NCBI GenBank assembly: GCA_965248195.1
Contig: CBDFIQ010000001.1
Location: 1,344,001-1,408,000, forward strand
Length of the DNA stretch: 64,000 nucleotides
Direction of reading: 5' to 3'
Source: Longimicrobiales bacterium
GTDB taxonomy: Bacteria; Gemmatimonadota; Gemmatimonadetes; Longimicrobiales; Gaopeijiaceae
This document shows, piece by piece, positions 20,160 to 30,904 of this stretch. How positions within the stretch are numbered: the stretch's first letter is position 1; each line of letters starts with the position of its first letter. The notes under the pieces were generated by a model, which saw nothing but the letters and a program-made list of their open reading frames with translations, did no database searches and was not told where the DNA came from. The translations under genes were made by a program, and so were the position numbers.

Positions 20160-22976
20160 CTAATCGGCCCGCAGCGCTTCCGCCGGATGGACCCGGCTCG
20201 CCCTTCGTGCGGGCAGCCACGCAGAGGCGAGGGACACGATGATCAACACCACGACGCTTCCGGCTTGCGCACCGAACCCCAATCCATCAACCCCGCGGAT
20301 CCGGGACCCCAGAACCTCCGTAAGCCAGTAGGCGCCGATCAAGCCGCAGCCCGCCCCTATTGCTGCGAAGAATGCCGACTGCCGCAGTACCCTCGCAGCC
20401 GCGGCTTGGCGGGTAGCGCCGAGGGCTCGCCGAACGCCGATCTCTCGGGTGCGGCGTTGAACTTCCTGGGCGAACATGCCGAAAATGGCGGCGATGGCTA
20501 GCACCATCGCGACGATGGCGAAGCCCGTGAGGAGGAAAAGGTAAAAGCGCTGCGGTGCGATTCGCTCCAACCGGTACGACTCCAACGTTCTGGCCTGCGT
20601 TATCGCGATCAGGGGATCCACCTCCCAGACGGCGTCCTGAAGAGCTGTCAACGAGGGTGGTGCCGTAGGATCCGTACGAATGAGGAAGGCAGTCCGGTCT
20701 GCCCAGCCCACCATATCCTCCGACCAGAGTTCGGACCGCTGGTCGATCGGCACATAGACCGTCCTCGGGTTCTGCTCACCAGGCCCGTCGTGGGACACGT
20801 CTTTGACGACCCCCACGATCTCGGCCTGAATCGCCGGGAAATAGGGCGACTCTTCAAAATCGAAGATCTCTCCGAGCGGGTCGTCCTTCCCGAACCCGAA
20901 TTGCGCGAGAGACTCGTTCACGACGACGACGCGGGGTCCGCCCGCACGATCGCCGGGACCGAAGCCGCGACCCTTACGGATCTCGATGCCCAGTGTCCGG
21001 AAGTAGTTCGAGCTGACCCATTTGATGCGGTACCCCCTCGAGGGTCTCCTTGCTCTCGAAGAGGCGCTGTCTTCGGGGAAGATCTGCGCTTCTCGGTTCG
21101 GAAACGGCCGGAAGTACCCCGTGGGCCCCCAGAGTGGCGGGTTGTTCGCGTAAGCCACCTCTTCAACACCCGGTACCGCCCCGAGCCTGTCCGTCACCTC
21201 GTCGATGAAGGCCACATCGCGTGTGCCGATTCGGAACGCATTGGAGACCGAGAGCCATTCCCATTCGGGACTGAGAACCGCCCCAGCTTCGGCGATCGTA
21301 ATACCGGTAGATTGGGCGTATTGGGCTCTAGGGAGTCTCATGTAGAGAGAGGTCACGTCCTCCGGATCGAGGCCCGGATCCGTCGCGGACACACGGGCAT
21401 AGGTCTGGAGGAGCGCTCCCGCCCCCGAGATCAGAATGGAAGCCAGGGTGAGTTGGCCGACGAGAACGAAACCCCGACTTCGCCCCTCCCCGCTGATCGC
21501 CCCGTGAGCCCCCCGCTTGAGATCGCTCACGAGACTCAGCCGAGAAGCCTGGAGCGCGGGAAGAAAGCTGCTCACCACCCAGACTGCCCCCGCGAGCAAG
21601 GCGATCCCGACGAGAACGCGACCGTCCACTCCAGCCAAGTCGAGGCGGGGCACGTCCCAGGGCACCAGCTCCCTCACTCGGGGAAGAAGGACCACGGTGA
21701 TGGCTACAGCGGCGGCGGCCCCGATCCCCGTCAGAATACCGGCCTCGAGCACGAGCTCACGTGCCAGCCGAGCCCGAGAGGCGCCATACGCTGCCCTCAC
21801 CGCCAACTCGCTTCGCCGGCCCAGGGCGCGCGCCAGGAGAAGACCCGCCACGCTCGAACAGACCACGAGGAGGAGCAGACCCACGATTCCCGAGAGCATG
21901 AGAAGGTTCTCACGCCATGCACGTCCTTCGGCGTCCTTCAGCATGGGCCTCACGAGGGCCGTCAGTCCAGCTTGCGTGTCCGGATATGCTTCCGCGAGGC
22001 CCCCCTGTATGCGGTCGAGATCGGCATCTGCGTCCGCAATCGAGACGCCCGGCGCGAGCCGTGCGATCGGCCACAGATCGCCGCCATATGCCCGCCCGGT
22101 CCGGTCCGAGCCCATCGGGTCGTTGATGAAGACATCCCGCCTGGGGCCTCCCCAAAGGGGGAGGTCGAAGTAGTGAAATCCCTCCGGCATGACGCCGACG
22201 ACCTCCGCGGACCCCCCAGCGATGCGGAGTGTCCGTCCGAGAATAGCCGGGTCCGCACCGAAACGCGTGCGCCAGAAATCGTATGTGAGGACGGCTACCG
22301 TCGGAGCGCCGACCGCGTCATCCTCGGGGAGCACTGCCCGGCCCAGCCAAGGCCGCACGCCCACGACGTTGAAGAAGCTCGACTCGACGCGTAATCCGCC
22401 CACGACGTACGGGCGGTTCAACTGAAGGGTCATGGCGCGAGCTTGAGTGGCGGTGATGGCGGTGAAGCTCCGCTGAGACTCCTTCCAGTCCAGGTAGTCT
22501 CGCGGTGCGAGCGCTGGCGTCCTTCCGTCGGGCATCTCCTTCATCACGCTTACGACCCGGTGTGGATCGGGAAAGGGAAGTGGGCGGAGGAGGACGTGTT
22601 CCAGCACCGTCAGGACGGTGGCTCCGGCGCCGAGTCCCAACGCCAAGACTGTGACGGCGAGCATGGCCTGGTGCGGCTGTCGTACAATTCTCCGAAGCGC
22701 TGTTCTGAGATCATCCCAAAGTTCGATGCGCGCCTGGCGCCGAGTGTGGTGGAGGAGCCGGCGTTCGTTTTCGCGATAGCCTCGGTGTCGCCATCGATCG
22801 ACGTCGCCAAAGGCGTGAGTCGCCTTGGAATGGGCCTCCGCCTCGGAGAGACCCGCGGCGATCAGGTCTCGGACCTTGGCCTCGAAGTGGTGTGCGAAGT
22901 CATCGTCCACTTCCGCTCGAGCCTTGTCACGGGCGAACGGATTCCGAAACATCCTCCTGAGCTGACGCGGGCTCAT
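20160..22976 (-). CDS. ADOP/MacB-FtsX duplicated ABC transporter permease
   Basis: Permease prefix domain, LLRPLPFPDP, RRSELAVRAAYGA, RTREIGVRRALGA. Confidence 0.9.
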   Translation of the reverse strand: MSPRQLRRMFRNPFARDKARAEVDDDFAHHFEAKVRDLIAAGLSEAEAHSKATHAFGDVDRWRHRGYRENERRLLHHTRRQARIELWDDLRTALRRIVRQPHQAMLAVTVLALGLGAGATVLTVLEHVLLRPLPFPDPHRVVSVMKEMPDGRTPALAPRDYLDWKESQRSFTAITATQARAMTLQLNRPYVVGGLRVESSFFNVVGVRPWLGRAVLPEDDAVGAPTVAVLTYDFWRTRFGADPAILGRTLRIAGGSAEVVGVMPEGFHYFDLPLWGGPRRDVFINDPMGSDRTGRAYGGDLWPIARLAPGVSIADADADLDRIQGGLAEAYPDTQAGLTALVRPMLKDAEGRAWRENLLMLSGIVGLLLLVVCSSVAGLLLARALGRRSELAVRAAYGASRARLARELVLEAGILTGIGAAAAVAITVVLLPRVRELVPWDVPRLDLAGVDGRVLVGIALLAGAVWVVSSFLPALQASRLSLVSDLKRGAHGAISGEGRSRGFVLVGQLTLASILISGAGALLQTYARVSATDPGLDPEDVTSLYMRLPRAQYAQSTGITIAEAGAVLSPEWEWLSVSNAFRIGTRDVAFIDEVTDRLGAVPGVEEVAYANNPPLWGPTGYFRPFPNREAQIFPEDSASSRARRPSRGYRIKWVSSNYFRTLGIEIRKGRGFGPGDRAGGPRVVVVNESLAQFGFGKDDPLGEIFDFEESPYFPAIQAEIVGVVKDVSHDGPGEQNPRTVYVPIDQRSELWSEDMVGWADRTAFLIRTDPTAPPSLTALQDAVWEVDPLIAITQARTLESYRLERIAPQRFYLFLLTGFAIVAMVLAIAAIFGMFAQEVQRRTREIGVRRALGATRQAAAARVLRQSAFFAAIGAGCGLIGAYWLTEVLGSRIRGVDGLGFGAQAGSVVVLIIVSLASAWLPARRASRVHPAEALRAD

Positions 22977-23329
22977 GATTTGACCCCGGCGGCCACCGAG
23001 GATACCGCACGCTCCATGGCTTTCACGTACCTCTCCCAGTATCGAATCTCATGGTTCAGCCGCTTGGAGCCGGCGGAAGTAAGTTCGTAGACCCTTGCGC
23101 GGCGACCCGTTTCCGTGCGAGACCAGCGAGACTCGATCAGGTTCTTCCGGTCTAACCGGTAGAGGGCTGGGTAGAGACTCCCCTCTTCGACCAGCAGTTC
23201 TTCGCCCGTAACCCCGTGGATCCACTTGGATATGGCGTACCCATGCATCGGTCCCAGGCTGACGGCCTTGAGGACGAGCAAATCCAAGGTACCGCGGATG
23301 ACATCCAGGCCTCGTTTCTCGTCGCTCAT
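22973..23329 (-). CDS. PadR family regulator (acidobacterial type)
   Basis: GTLDLLVLK, MHGYAI, EEGSLYPALYRL; ATGA overlap with the permease. Confidence 0.93.
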   Translation of the reverse strand: MSDEKRGLDVIRGTLDLLVLKAVSLGPMHGYAISKWIHGVTGEELLVEEGSLYPALYRLDRKNLIESRWSRTETGRRARVYELTSAGSKRLNHEIRYWERYVKAMERAVSSVAAGVKS

Positions 23330-23340
23330 CACCATGACCA

Positions 23341-23369
23341 TTAGAAACACCAAGGGTTATGGTTTCTAA
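23341..23369. promoter_or_regulatory. Inverted repeat, candidate PadR operator
   Basis: TTAGAAAC-N13-GTTTCTAA just upstream of the padR start. Confidence 0.6.
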
Positions 23370-23612
23370 TGATAGGACCCGAGTGCCGATCCGCAAGTGC
23401 ATGCCGCACACCGCTCGAAAAACGCGGTCACGGCAGGGCCCTTGCGACGGATTCTAAGTCAGATGCTCGACATAGGGCACGGCAAGTGCGCAAGAGGCGG
23501 CGTGGTGCAGAGCTCAGAGATCAGTCAAATCAGTTGGCGCCATCAAGTCGCTGGCGACCTCCTGCTCATGCAGCGTGAGGTTCGTCACGCCTTCGCCAAT
23601 CGGGTGAGAGAC

Positions 23613-23635
23613 TTGTGTGCCAATTTGTGTGCCAA
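23613..23635 (+). repeat. Direct repeat, candidate integrase arm-type sites
   Basis: TTGTGTGCCAA x2 (12 bp period), ~130 bp before the tRNA fragment. Confidence 0.6.
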
Positions 23636-23761
23636 CTCCGCAAAACGGGGCGAATCTCAGTGGAACGAGGAAAACGTCACTGTTCCCGTAACGCTAATGA
23701 CTGCAACACTTAAGCGACCTTGAACTAACTGAGCCGCACTCCCGAAAACTCGCCGATATGA

Positions 23762-23806
23762 ACTCTTAATCAGTAGGTTCGGGGTTCGAGTCCCTGGCGG
23801 GGCACT
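23762..23806 (+). mobile_element. 3' half of tRNA-Lys(CTT), att-like island boundary
   Basis: CTCTTAA anticodon loop, TCAGT, CGGGG-TTCGAGT-CCCTG T-arm, GCGGGGC acceptor strand; no matching 5' half upstream. Confidence 0.85.
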
Positions 23807-23808
23807 GG

Positions 23809-23837
23809 CGGAAGTCCAGGAACAATCTGGACTTCCG
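23809..23837 (+). terminator. Hairpin downstream of the tRNA fragment
   Basis: CGGAAGTCCAG-gaacaat-CTGGACTTCCG followed by GATTTT. Confidence 0.7.
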
Positions 23838-23943
23838 GATTTTGTGTCCGCGAGTTAGGGGTGAACCCTTATGGTGGCGAGGCGTCCACGGAAAGAGGAT
23901 TGGATCGGCCTGACGCATGGAACCCCGTGGGAAGGGGCCACCC

Positions 23944-25452
23944 TTACGCGATGATGTCGTGAATGACCTCACCCGCGACGTCTGTCAATCGGAAGTCACG
24001 ACCACTGTAGTTGTAGGTCAGCTTCTCGTGGTCGATCCCCATCAGGTGGAGGATCGTCGCGTGTAGGTCGTGGATGTGCACCGGGTTCTCGACAGCCTTG
24101 AAGCCGAAGTCGTCGGTGGACCCATAGGTCATCCCACCCTTCACGCCACCACCGGCCAGCCACACGGAAAAGCCGAAGGGGTTATGGTCGCGGCCGTTCG
24201 TGACGCGACCCATGGCCCCGCCACCCCCGGTCTCGAGGACCGGGGTCCGCCCGAACTCGGTGCCGCACACTACGAGCGTCTCATCGAAGAGCCCCCGCGA
24301 CTTGAGATCCTTGATGACCGCCGCGAAGGCCTGATCGGAGTGCCGGGCGTTGACCCGGTGTTTCATGATGTCGCCGTGGTGATCCCACGGATCCCCTTTC
24401 GCGTAGTAGACCTGTACCATGCGCACGCCCTGCTCGATGAGGCGCACGGCCATCAGACACCCTCGTGCCGTGCTGCCCGGCCCGTAGAGCTGCTGCGTCG
24501 CCTCGGTCTCCTTCCGGATGTCGAAGACGTCGGGAGCCTCGGTCTGCATGCGGTACGCGATCTCCATTGCGTCGATCGCACCCTCGATCTGCTCGTCCTG
24601 TTGTCCAAGGCGCTCCAGGTGGAGACGGTTCAGCCTTTCTACTAGGTCCACCTCTCGACGCTGGTCGTCCAACTCCACTGCGTCGGTGTGGATGTTGGGA
24701 ATCAGGTCGTACGGATCGAAGTCCTCCTCTAGCCGTGGGACCTTGTCAGAAATGAACGTGCCCTGGTGGATCGCGGGCAGCCAGGCGTTGCTCCACAGAG
24801 GCGGCCCGATCACGGTCGGCTGCTCCGGACAGAGCACGACGAAGCCGGGGAGGTTCTCGTTTTCCGTGCCCAAACCGTAGGTGAGCCACGAACCCAGAGA
24901 GGGCCGACCAGGCTGGATATGCCCGGTATTCATCATGAGCAGCGATGGCTCGTGGTTCGGGATGTCCGTCCACATGGAACGAATCAGGCAGATGTCGTCG
25001 ACGACCCCTCCGACGTGCGGGAAGAGCTCGCTGATCGCAGTGCCCGACTCTCCGTAGCGTTGGAAGCTGAACGGCGACTTCATGAGAGCCCCGGTCTTCC
25101 GCTCCGTCTTGACTTCACCCGTCGGAAGCGGCTGCCCGTGGTACCTCTCGAGCTCGGGCTTGGGGTCGAACGTGTCGACTTGAGAGACCCCACCGTTCAT
25201 GAAGAGGAAGATCACGTTCTTGGCGCGCGGCTCGAAGTCGGGCTTCGGAATCAGCCCACCCATCACGGAGCGGATCGGGCTCGCGGCCTCGGCCATCGAC
25301 TCCCCGACCATCTGGGAGAACGCCATCATGCCGAAGCCCGCTCCCATCGTCTTCAGCGCCTGACGCCTGGTCTGCGGGTGGCTGTGGATGATGCCACATC
25401 CGTCGTGATGGCGATGATCGCGTGGGTGATGCCCCTGTGGGTGGCCGGACAT
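23944..25452 (-). CDS. DUF1501 domain protein
   Basis: Tat-like TRRQAL; FLFMNGGVSQVDTFDPKP, WDHH, EFGRTP, GRDHNP, HDLHATILH. Confidence 0.92.
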   Translation of the reverse strand: MSGHPQGHHPRDHRHHDGCGIIHSHPQTRRQALKTMGAGFGMMAFSQMVGESMAEAASPIRSVMGGLIPKPDFEPRAKNVIFLFMNGGVSQVDTFDPKPELERYHGQPLPTGEVKTERKTGALMKSPFSFQRYGESGTAISELFPHVGGVVDDICLIRSMWTDIPNHEPSLLMMNTGHIQPGRPSLGSWLTYGLGTENENLPGFVVLCPEQPTVIGPPLWSNAWLPAIHQGTFISDKVPRLEEDFDPYDLIPNIHTDAVELDDQRREVDLVERLNRLHLERLGQQDEQIEGAIDAMEIAYRMQTEAPDVFDIRKETEATQQLYGPGSTARGCLMAVRLIEQGVRMVQVYYAKGDPWDHHGDIMKHRVNARHSDQAFAAVIKDLKSRGLFDETLVVCGTEFGRTPVLETGGGGAMGRVTNGRDHNPFGFSVWLAGGGVKGGMTYGSTDDFGFKAVENPVHIHDLHATILHLMGIDHEKLTYNYSGRDFRLTDVAGEVIHDIIA

Positions 25453-25480
25453 ATCCGCTCCTAGGAGCTCTCGTCTGACA

Positions 25481-28400
25481 TCAATCGATGAATCGGAATT
25501 CGGCGGCGCTGAACAGAGCCCGGGCGTACTGTACCCATGCCTTCATGGAAGCCCGCCGCGCGGCGAGCTCAGCACGGTCAGTCTCGGCCTTGGCCAGCTG
25601 CTCGGCGTTCCCTTCGTCGTCCGGTTCGGCACTCTCGTCGGGTTCGTCCGTCCCGGCGGCCGTCTCGTCCGCCTCCTCCTCCGCGATCTCCTCCAACACC
25701 TGCTCCAGCCAAGACGCTCGCTGCTCGGTGAGGAACTCGAGTCCGAGCTGGACCTCCTGGTCGGTCACGGCCCGGCCGTACAGAAGCGGGTAGGCGGTCC
25801 CGATCATGTCCCGATCGTTGAAGCTCACGGGCAGGTCGTCGTCCTTGTCTTCTTGGTCGTCGTCGTCTTGGTCGTCGTCCTTGCCTTCTTGGTCGTCGTC
25901 GTCTCGGGCGTCGTCCCCGTCGCCCTCTGCGTCACCCCGGTTGGCAGCGGCCTGCGCCTCGCCCTTGACCTCGGCCACCTCCTCGTCCTTGTCCTCGGCC
26001 ACCTCCTCGTCCCCCGCGGTCTCCGTGGCGAGTCGCTTGACCAAGGCCTCGGCCTGCCTCTGCACGAATGGTGAGTTCATGAAATAGAGGCTTTGCAGCG
26101 GCACGTTCGTGCTGAAGCGCCGCTCGGCGGTCAGGCTCGGGTTCGGGAAGTCGAACGTCTGCAGGTACTCGTTGACCTGGAAACGACTCACCTCGCCGTA
26201 GATCGTGCGTCTGTTGTTCTCGTCGCTCTCCAGCAGCAGCGACTTGCCCCCCACTTTGGCGTCGAGATTCCCGGATACGTGCAGCAGTGCATCCCGAATA
26301 CCTTCCGCCCCCAACCGCTGCCGGTTGAACCGCCAGTAGTACCGGTTGTTGGGGTCGACGTCGTCGAAGGCGGGATTCTCGTCGGCGGACAGCTGGTAGA
26401 CGGACGACAGCATGATGTCTCGATGGAGTTGCTTGATCGACATGCCGTTGTCGACAAAGCGCGAGGTGAGGAACTCCAACAACTCGGGGTTCGTCGGTGG
26501 GTCTCCCGCGAAGCCGAAGTTGCTCGGCGACGGAACGATGCCCGTGCCCAGGTGCCAAGCCCAGACGCGGTTGACGATGACGCGTGCCGTGATCGGGTGC
26601 TCTGCGATGTCCTCGGCGAGTCCGAGCCGGCCGCTGCCCTCATCGTAGCTCGGCGCCTTCTCGTCTAGGACGTGGAGGAAGCTCCTCGGCACCCTCTCGC
26701 CCAGGTTGTTCGGATTGCCGCGGAGGTGCAGGCCGATGTCCTCGATGGCCTCCTCGTCCTTGTCCCTGACGCCCATGACGAACGGGATGTCCGGAAGCTC
26801 CTCCTTCAGCTCCTTGATCTCCTCTCGCGTCGCCTCGACATGGGCCGCCGATACGCGGCTCAGTTGCCGCTCGAGCCCCCATTCGGAGAACCGCAGCAGT
26901 GCCGGCTCCTTGAAGAACGTGTCGATCTCGTAGTCGAGGTCGGTGCGGTAGACGTCGGCGTAGAGGTTGAAGCGCTCCCGCTCCATCGTGTCGAGCTCGA
27001 GCTGATGCTTGTCGAAGAAGCTCTCGAAGCCGTTCGGCATCGGGGTCGATTTCACCTCCTCGAGAGGTGTACCCTTTGCGATGATCTTGCCGTTGCGCTC
27101 CTCGAGCTTCTGCTGCTCGGCGACGATCTCGAGCAGCAGCCTCTGAAAGCCGTCGGCTAGCTCCTGCGCACGCTCCTCGGTGCCCCCCTCGTCGGCGATC
27201 ATCTCCTGCCATGGCACGAGGTAGGGATAGTGCTTCGGCTCGTCGTCGAGGAAGTCGATCCACCGCTCGATCGTCTCGAGGTCCAGTCGGCCCTCGCTCG
27301 CCGCTCGCTCCACCGGGATCTGCTCCTTACCGGTCACCTTCCAGGCGGCCATCATGTACTGCGACGTCTGCAGCGTGAGGACTCGGGAGAGCTGCTCGCT
27401 CTCCGTTCGCATGTATTGCGTGAGACCCTCTTCCAAGCTCTTGATGAACTCCTGGTCGCTCTTGAACTCCGCAGCCGTTGCCGAGTCGGCGACGGGGTAT
27501 TCGTAATACACCGTGTTGTCGAAGATCCCGGCCAACGAGTAGTAATCATGCTGCCCGATCGGGTCGTACTTGTGGTCGTGGCAGCGTGCGCAGCCGACCG
27601 TGAGGCCGAGGAATGCACGGGACGTCACGTCGACCCGGTCGTGTCGCTCGTCGGCTCGCGCGACCGGGGGATCGGCGATGTCGTAGTACCAAGGTCCCTG
27701 GCCCAGGAAGCCCAGGGCCGGTAACAGGTCGTCCCTCTCCGCCTCCGGCATCTGGTCGGCAGCGAGGTGGGCCATGACGAACCTGTCGTAAGGCATGTCG
27801 TCGTTGAGCGCCTTCACGACCCAGTCGCGCTGCAGGTAGCCCATGGGATAGCGCTCCCGCCCGGAACCGCCCTTTGCGAGTCCGCGCGTATCGTCCTCAC
27901 CGAATCGGATCACGTCGAGCCAATGCCGTCCCCACCGCTCGCCATAGTGGTCGGACTCGAGCAGCCTCTCTACGGCTTTCTCGAAGGCGTTCTCTGAATC
28001 GTCGTTGATGAAAGCCTCGACCTCTTCGGGCGTCGGGGGCAGACCGGTCAGGTCGAACGCCGCTCGCCGAATCAACTGACGCCCGTCCGCCGGTCTCACC
28101 GGATGGAGACCCTGCTCCTCGAGTTTGGCCAGCACGAAGCGGTCGATGTCGGTCTTGGCCCACTCGTCCGACGACGGAGTCGGCACCGTCGGATGCGTCA
28201 GCGGCTGGAAAGACCAGAAGGCGCGCTCCTCGTCCGCGATCGCCCGGCGCGGAAGCGCGACCGGGGCCGCCACATCGGCCCATTCGGCTCCAGCGCGGAT
28301 CCACTCCACGAAGCCCTGGATCTCGCGGTCTGTCAGTTGGTCAGCGTTGCGGGGCATCTGGAGATCGTCACTCTCGTGCCGCAAAGCCGCGATCAAGACG

Positions 28401-29023
28401 CTCTGCTCTGGATTCCCGGGGATGATCGCCGGGCCGCGACCGCCGCCCTGCAGCACCCGTTCCCGAGAGTCGAGCCGCAGCCCGCCGCGCTCGTCGTCAG
28501 TGTGACAGGCGAAGCAACTGCGCTCCAGCACGGGCCTCACTCGGTCGACGAAGAGCTGCCCGCCCAGAGACAGACCTTCGTCGGCCACAGCCCTTACGGC
28601 CACCCGATCTTCCTCCGGCCAGAGCGCCTCCATCCTGATCCATTCGGCGAGGCCCTCGATCTCGCGGGGGCTCAACGGCTCGCCGTCTTGCGGCATCTCG
28701 AGATCGGCGACCTCGTGCCGGACGACCTTGATCAGCAGGCTGTTGTCCGGGTCCCCCGGAATGATCGCTGGGCCCGTGCGGCCACCGGCGAGCAACGCCT
28801 CCAACGAGTTGAGGCGCAAGCCACCAAGTCGCACCTCGGCGTGACACCCATAGCACTTGCCAGCCAGCACCGGTCGCACCCGGGTCTCGAAGAACTCGTC
28901 GGTCGACTGGGCGCTGGCGGTGAAGGCCGTGATGACTAGCGCGAGACTGATCGCCGCACCTAATGCGGCGGTCTTCTTCATAAATGAAGTTGGCGGAGGT
29001 TGCATCACGGATTCACCTGCCAT
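25481..29023 (-). CDS. Planctomycete cytochrome c + DUF1549/DUF1553 (PSD1) protein
   Basis: CYGCH, CFACH, CARCHDHKYDP; YGERWGRHWLD; ARVIVNRVW; acidic inserts. Confidence 0.92.
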   Translation of the reverse strand: MAGESVMQPPPTSFMKKTAALGAAISLALVITAFTASAQSTDEFFETRVRPVLAGKCYGCHAEVRLGGLRLNSLEALLAGGRTGPAIIPGDPDNSLLIKVVRHEVADLEMPQDGEPLSPREIEGLAEWIRMEALWPEEDRVAVRAVADEGLSLGGQLFVDRVRPVLERSCFACHTDDERGGLRLDSRERVLQGGGRGPAIIPGNPEQSVLIAALRHESDDLQMPRNADQLTDREIQGFVEWIRAGAEWADVAAPVALPRRAIADEERAFWSFQPLTHPTVPTPSSDEWAKTDIDRFVLAKLEEQGLHPVRPADGRQLIRRAAFDLTGLPPTPEEVEAFINDDSENAFEKAVERLLESDHYGERWGRHWLDVIRFGEDDTRGLAKGGSGRERYPMGYLQRDWVVKALNDDMPYDRFVMAHLAADQMPEAERDDLLPALGFLGQGPWYYDIADPPVARADERHDRVDVTSRAFLGLTVGCARCHDHKYDPIGQHDYYSLAGIFDNTVYYEYPVADSATAAEFKSDQEFIKSLEEGLTQYMRTESEQLSRVLTLQTSQYMMAAWKVTGKEQIPVERAASEGRLDLETIERWIDFLDDEPKHYPYLVPWQEMIADEGGTEERAQELADGFQRLLLEIVAEQQKLEERNGKIIAKGTPLEEVKSTPMPNGFESFFDKHQLELDTMERERFNLYADVYRTDLDYEIDTFFKEPALLRFSEWGLERQLSRVSAAHVEATREEIKELKEELPDIPFVMGVRDKDEEAIEDIGLHLRGNPNNLGERVPRSFLHVLDEKAPSYDEGSGRLGLAEDIAEHPITARVIVNRVWAWHLGTGIVPSPSNFGFAGDPPTNPELLEFLTSRFVDNGMSIKQLHRDIMLSSVYQLSADENPAFDDVDPNNRYYWRFNRQRLGAEGIRDALLHVSGNLDAKVGGKSLLLESDENNRRTIYGEVSRFQVNEYLQTFDFPNPSLTAERRFSTNVPLQSLYFMNSPFVQRQAEALVKRLATETAGDEEVAEDKDEEVAEVKGEAQAAANRGDAEGDGDDARDDDDQEGKDDDQDDDDQEDKDDDLPVSFNDRDMIGTAYPLLYGRAVTDQEVQLGLEFLTEQRASWLEQVLEEIAEEEADETAAGTDEPDESAEPDDEGNAEQLAKAETDRAELAARRASMKAWVQYARALFSAAEFRFID

Positions 29024-29089
29024 AAGCGCACGAACTTGGTATGGCTAACATATCATCTGGACTCGACCGTGGCCAAAGCTCAGTGCCGA

Positions 29090-30859
29090 TCAGGGCCCGA
29101 TCGATACGGCCGCACACGTCGCGTTTCCAGAGCGATCCGCGGCGCACACCTCGAGATCCACCGCCGACGCCGGAACCGTGGCCGACCATAGATACTCGCC
29201 GTACCACGTCATCGGCGTAACGGAGTCCTGCGCTCCGCGGGTCCAGCGCACCTCCACATACTGCCACTCCTCCAGCAGTAACGGGCTCTTTCGATCATGA
29301 ACTCGGGCGCGCACAAGAAATCCCCCGGCGGACGGGCTCGCGCCCGGAATACTCACGACCGGCACAGCCGTATCGGGAGCCAAGCCTCGACCAAAGAAGA
29401 CTCGTTCCTCCACCGCGCCCTCCACTTCTCCCTGTGACTGGACTACGTCGATGCGGCCATCCCCATCGAGATCGCCGATCGCCATGCCTAATGTGCCCGG
29501 GGTCTCCGCGCCCACGAAGACCTCGTTCGCAGTGCGCAGGTTCCCGGTACCGTCGTTGATGAGAAGGCGGTCGGGGCCGGAGAGCGACCCAATGAGGAAG
29601 TCGGCGTCGCCATCCGAATCATAGTCCAGGAACGAGACCATGTTGTCGTCTTCGCCGATGTTGTCGGCAGCTGGCCATAACACGTCGGTCATGTCGCTGA
29701 ATCCGCCCTGGCCGTTATTCATGAAGAGGTGCTCACGCCGGCTCGAACCTCTTCCGCCGACGATGTCACCGTCGTTGGTAGTCACAAGATCGAGGAAGCC
29801 GTCCCCGTCGAGATCCATCGCCTCGAATTCGTAATTGTTCGTGTACTGCGGCAGTCCACGAGCCTCCTCGAACATTCCGCTCCCGTCGTTCGTGAACATG
29901 ACGCTGCCCCCGCAGCGCTTGCACGAAACGAGTACATCGAGGTCGTAGTCGTTGTCGACGTCGACCAGCTCGACCTCCCAAGAAAAGCGAACGAGCGTCT
30001 CCGGCATGCGCGCGGACGTAGCGTCGGTGAAGCGCCCGCCTCCGTCGTTGAGCCACAGGCGAGTGCGTCCTCCCTGGTTCACCATGTTGTTACCGGGGCC
30101 CCAGTCGGCAAGCACCAGGTCGAGATCGCCGTCGCCGTCCACGTCTCCCGGCTCGGCGTCGCCAAGGCTCAAGTCGATCCGAGGCAGATGCGTCGCGGTG
30201 ACCTCCTCGAACGCTCCGTCGCCCACGCCCAGGAAGAGGCGGCTCTGAGTCTGATAGGTCGTGCCGACGAAGATGTCGACATCACCATCCCCATCGAAAT
30301 CTCTCGCCTTGATCACGCGTGAGATATCGGGACGCGGGCCCAGGACGTCGGCGGTGCGTTGTTCGAAACGCTGACCCGGCCCGCGGTTCATGAATACGCG
30401 GTTCGGCTCCGGATCGCCGGGGGTCGAGTAGTCCCCGCCGTTCGCGAACAGGATGTCGAGCCACCCATCACCATTTAGATCGGCGAGTTCGACCTTGTTG
30501 CTCCACTCGGCCGTGGAGTCGAGGACCTCGTCGGTCGCGTCGACCCAAAGGGCGCGTGGCAGAGGACTCGCAGTGCCGTCGAGTCCGACATCGGGCGCAG
30601 GGTTGGCAGGCGTGCAGGTCGACAGGACAGTGGCGACGAGGAGTACAGTGCTCAGGCGCAGCTGGAGGCGCTCGACGTTAATGACGGACTCCGGAGCGAA
30701 GGTCCAGGGCTGCGTAGAAGTTCTCCGAGCAGCATGTGCCATACTCGAAAGCGTTGATAGGGTTGTCAACATGGCTCGCCGGGCCTGATGCCGGCGAGTG
30801 GGACGACACTGATCCGTTGAGTGAACGCCTGGCTTTCCACGCGGCACCGGATCCGGCAA
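29090..30859 (-). CDS. FG-GAP/VCBS repeat protein (true start probably downstream)
   Basis: Repeated DxDGDGDxD motifs; lipobox-like VLSTC. Confidence 0.85.
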   Translation of the reverse strand: MPDPVPRGKPGVHSTDQCRPTRRHQARRAMLTTLSTLSSMAHAARRTSTQPWTFAPESVINVERLQLRLSTVLLVATVLSTCTPANPAPDVGLDGTASPLPRALWVDATDEVLDSTAEWSNKVELADLNGDGWLDILFANGGDYSTPGDPEPNRVFMNRGPGQRFEQRTADVLGPRPDISRVIKARDFDGDGDVDIFVGTTYQTQSRLFLGVGDGAFEEVTATHLPRIDLSLGDAEPGDVDGDGDLDLVLADWGPGNNMVNQGGRTRLWLNDGGGRFTDATSARMPETLVRFSWEVELVDVDNDYDLDVLVSCKRCGGSVMFTNDGSGMFEEARGLPQYTNNYEFEAMDLDGDGFLDLVTTNDGDIVGGRGSSRREHLFMNNGQGGFSDMTDVLWPAADNIGEDDNMVSFLDYDSDGDADFLIGSLSGPDRLLINDGTGNLRTANEVFVGAETPGTLGMAIGDLDGDGRIDVVQSQGEVEGAVEERVFFGRGLAPDTAVPVVSIPGASPSAGGFLVRARVHDRKSPLLLEEWQYVEVRWTRGAQDSVTPMTWYGEYLWSATVPASAVDLEVCAADRSGNATCAAVSIGP

Positions 30860-30904
30860 GTTGGCCCACCCCCCAGAAGCCCTGCCAAGTAAGGAGAAAG
30901 AGAC

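Noticed and set aside
23397..23723. Integrase remnant next to the att site
   Set aside because: Translations show no tyrosine- or serine-recombinase motifs
23730..23806. Complete tRNA-Lys gene
   Set aside because: Upstream sequence cannot form the acceptor, D or anticodon stems with the 3' half; only a fragment is present
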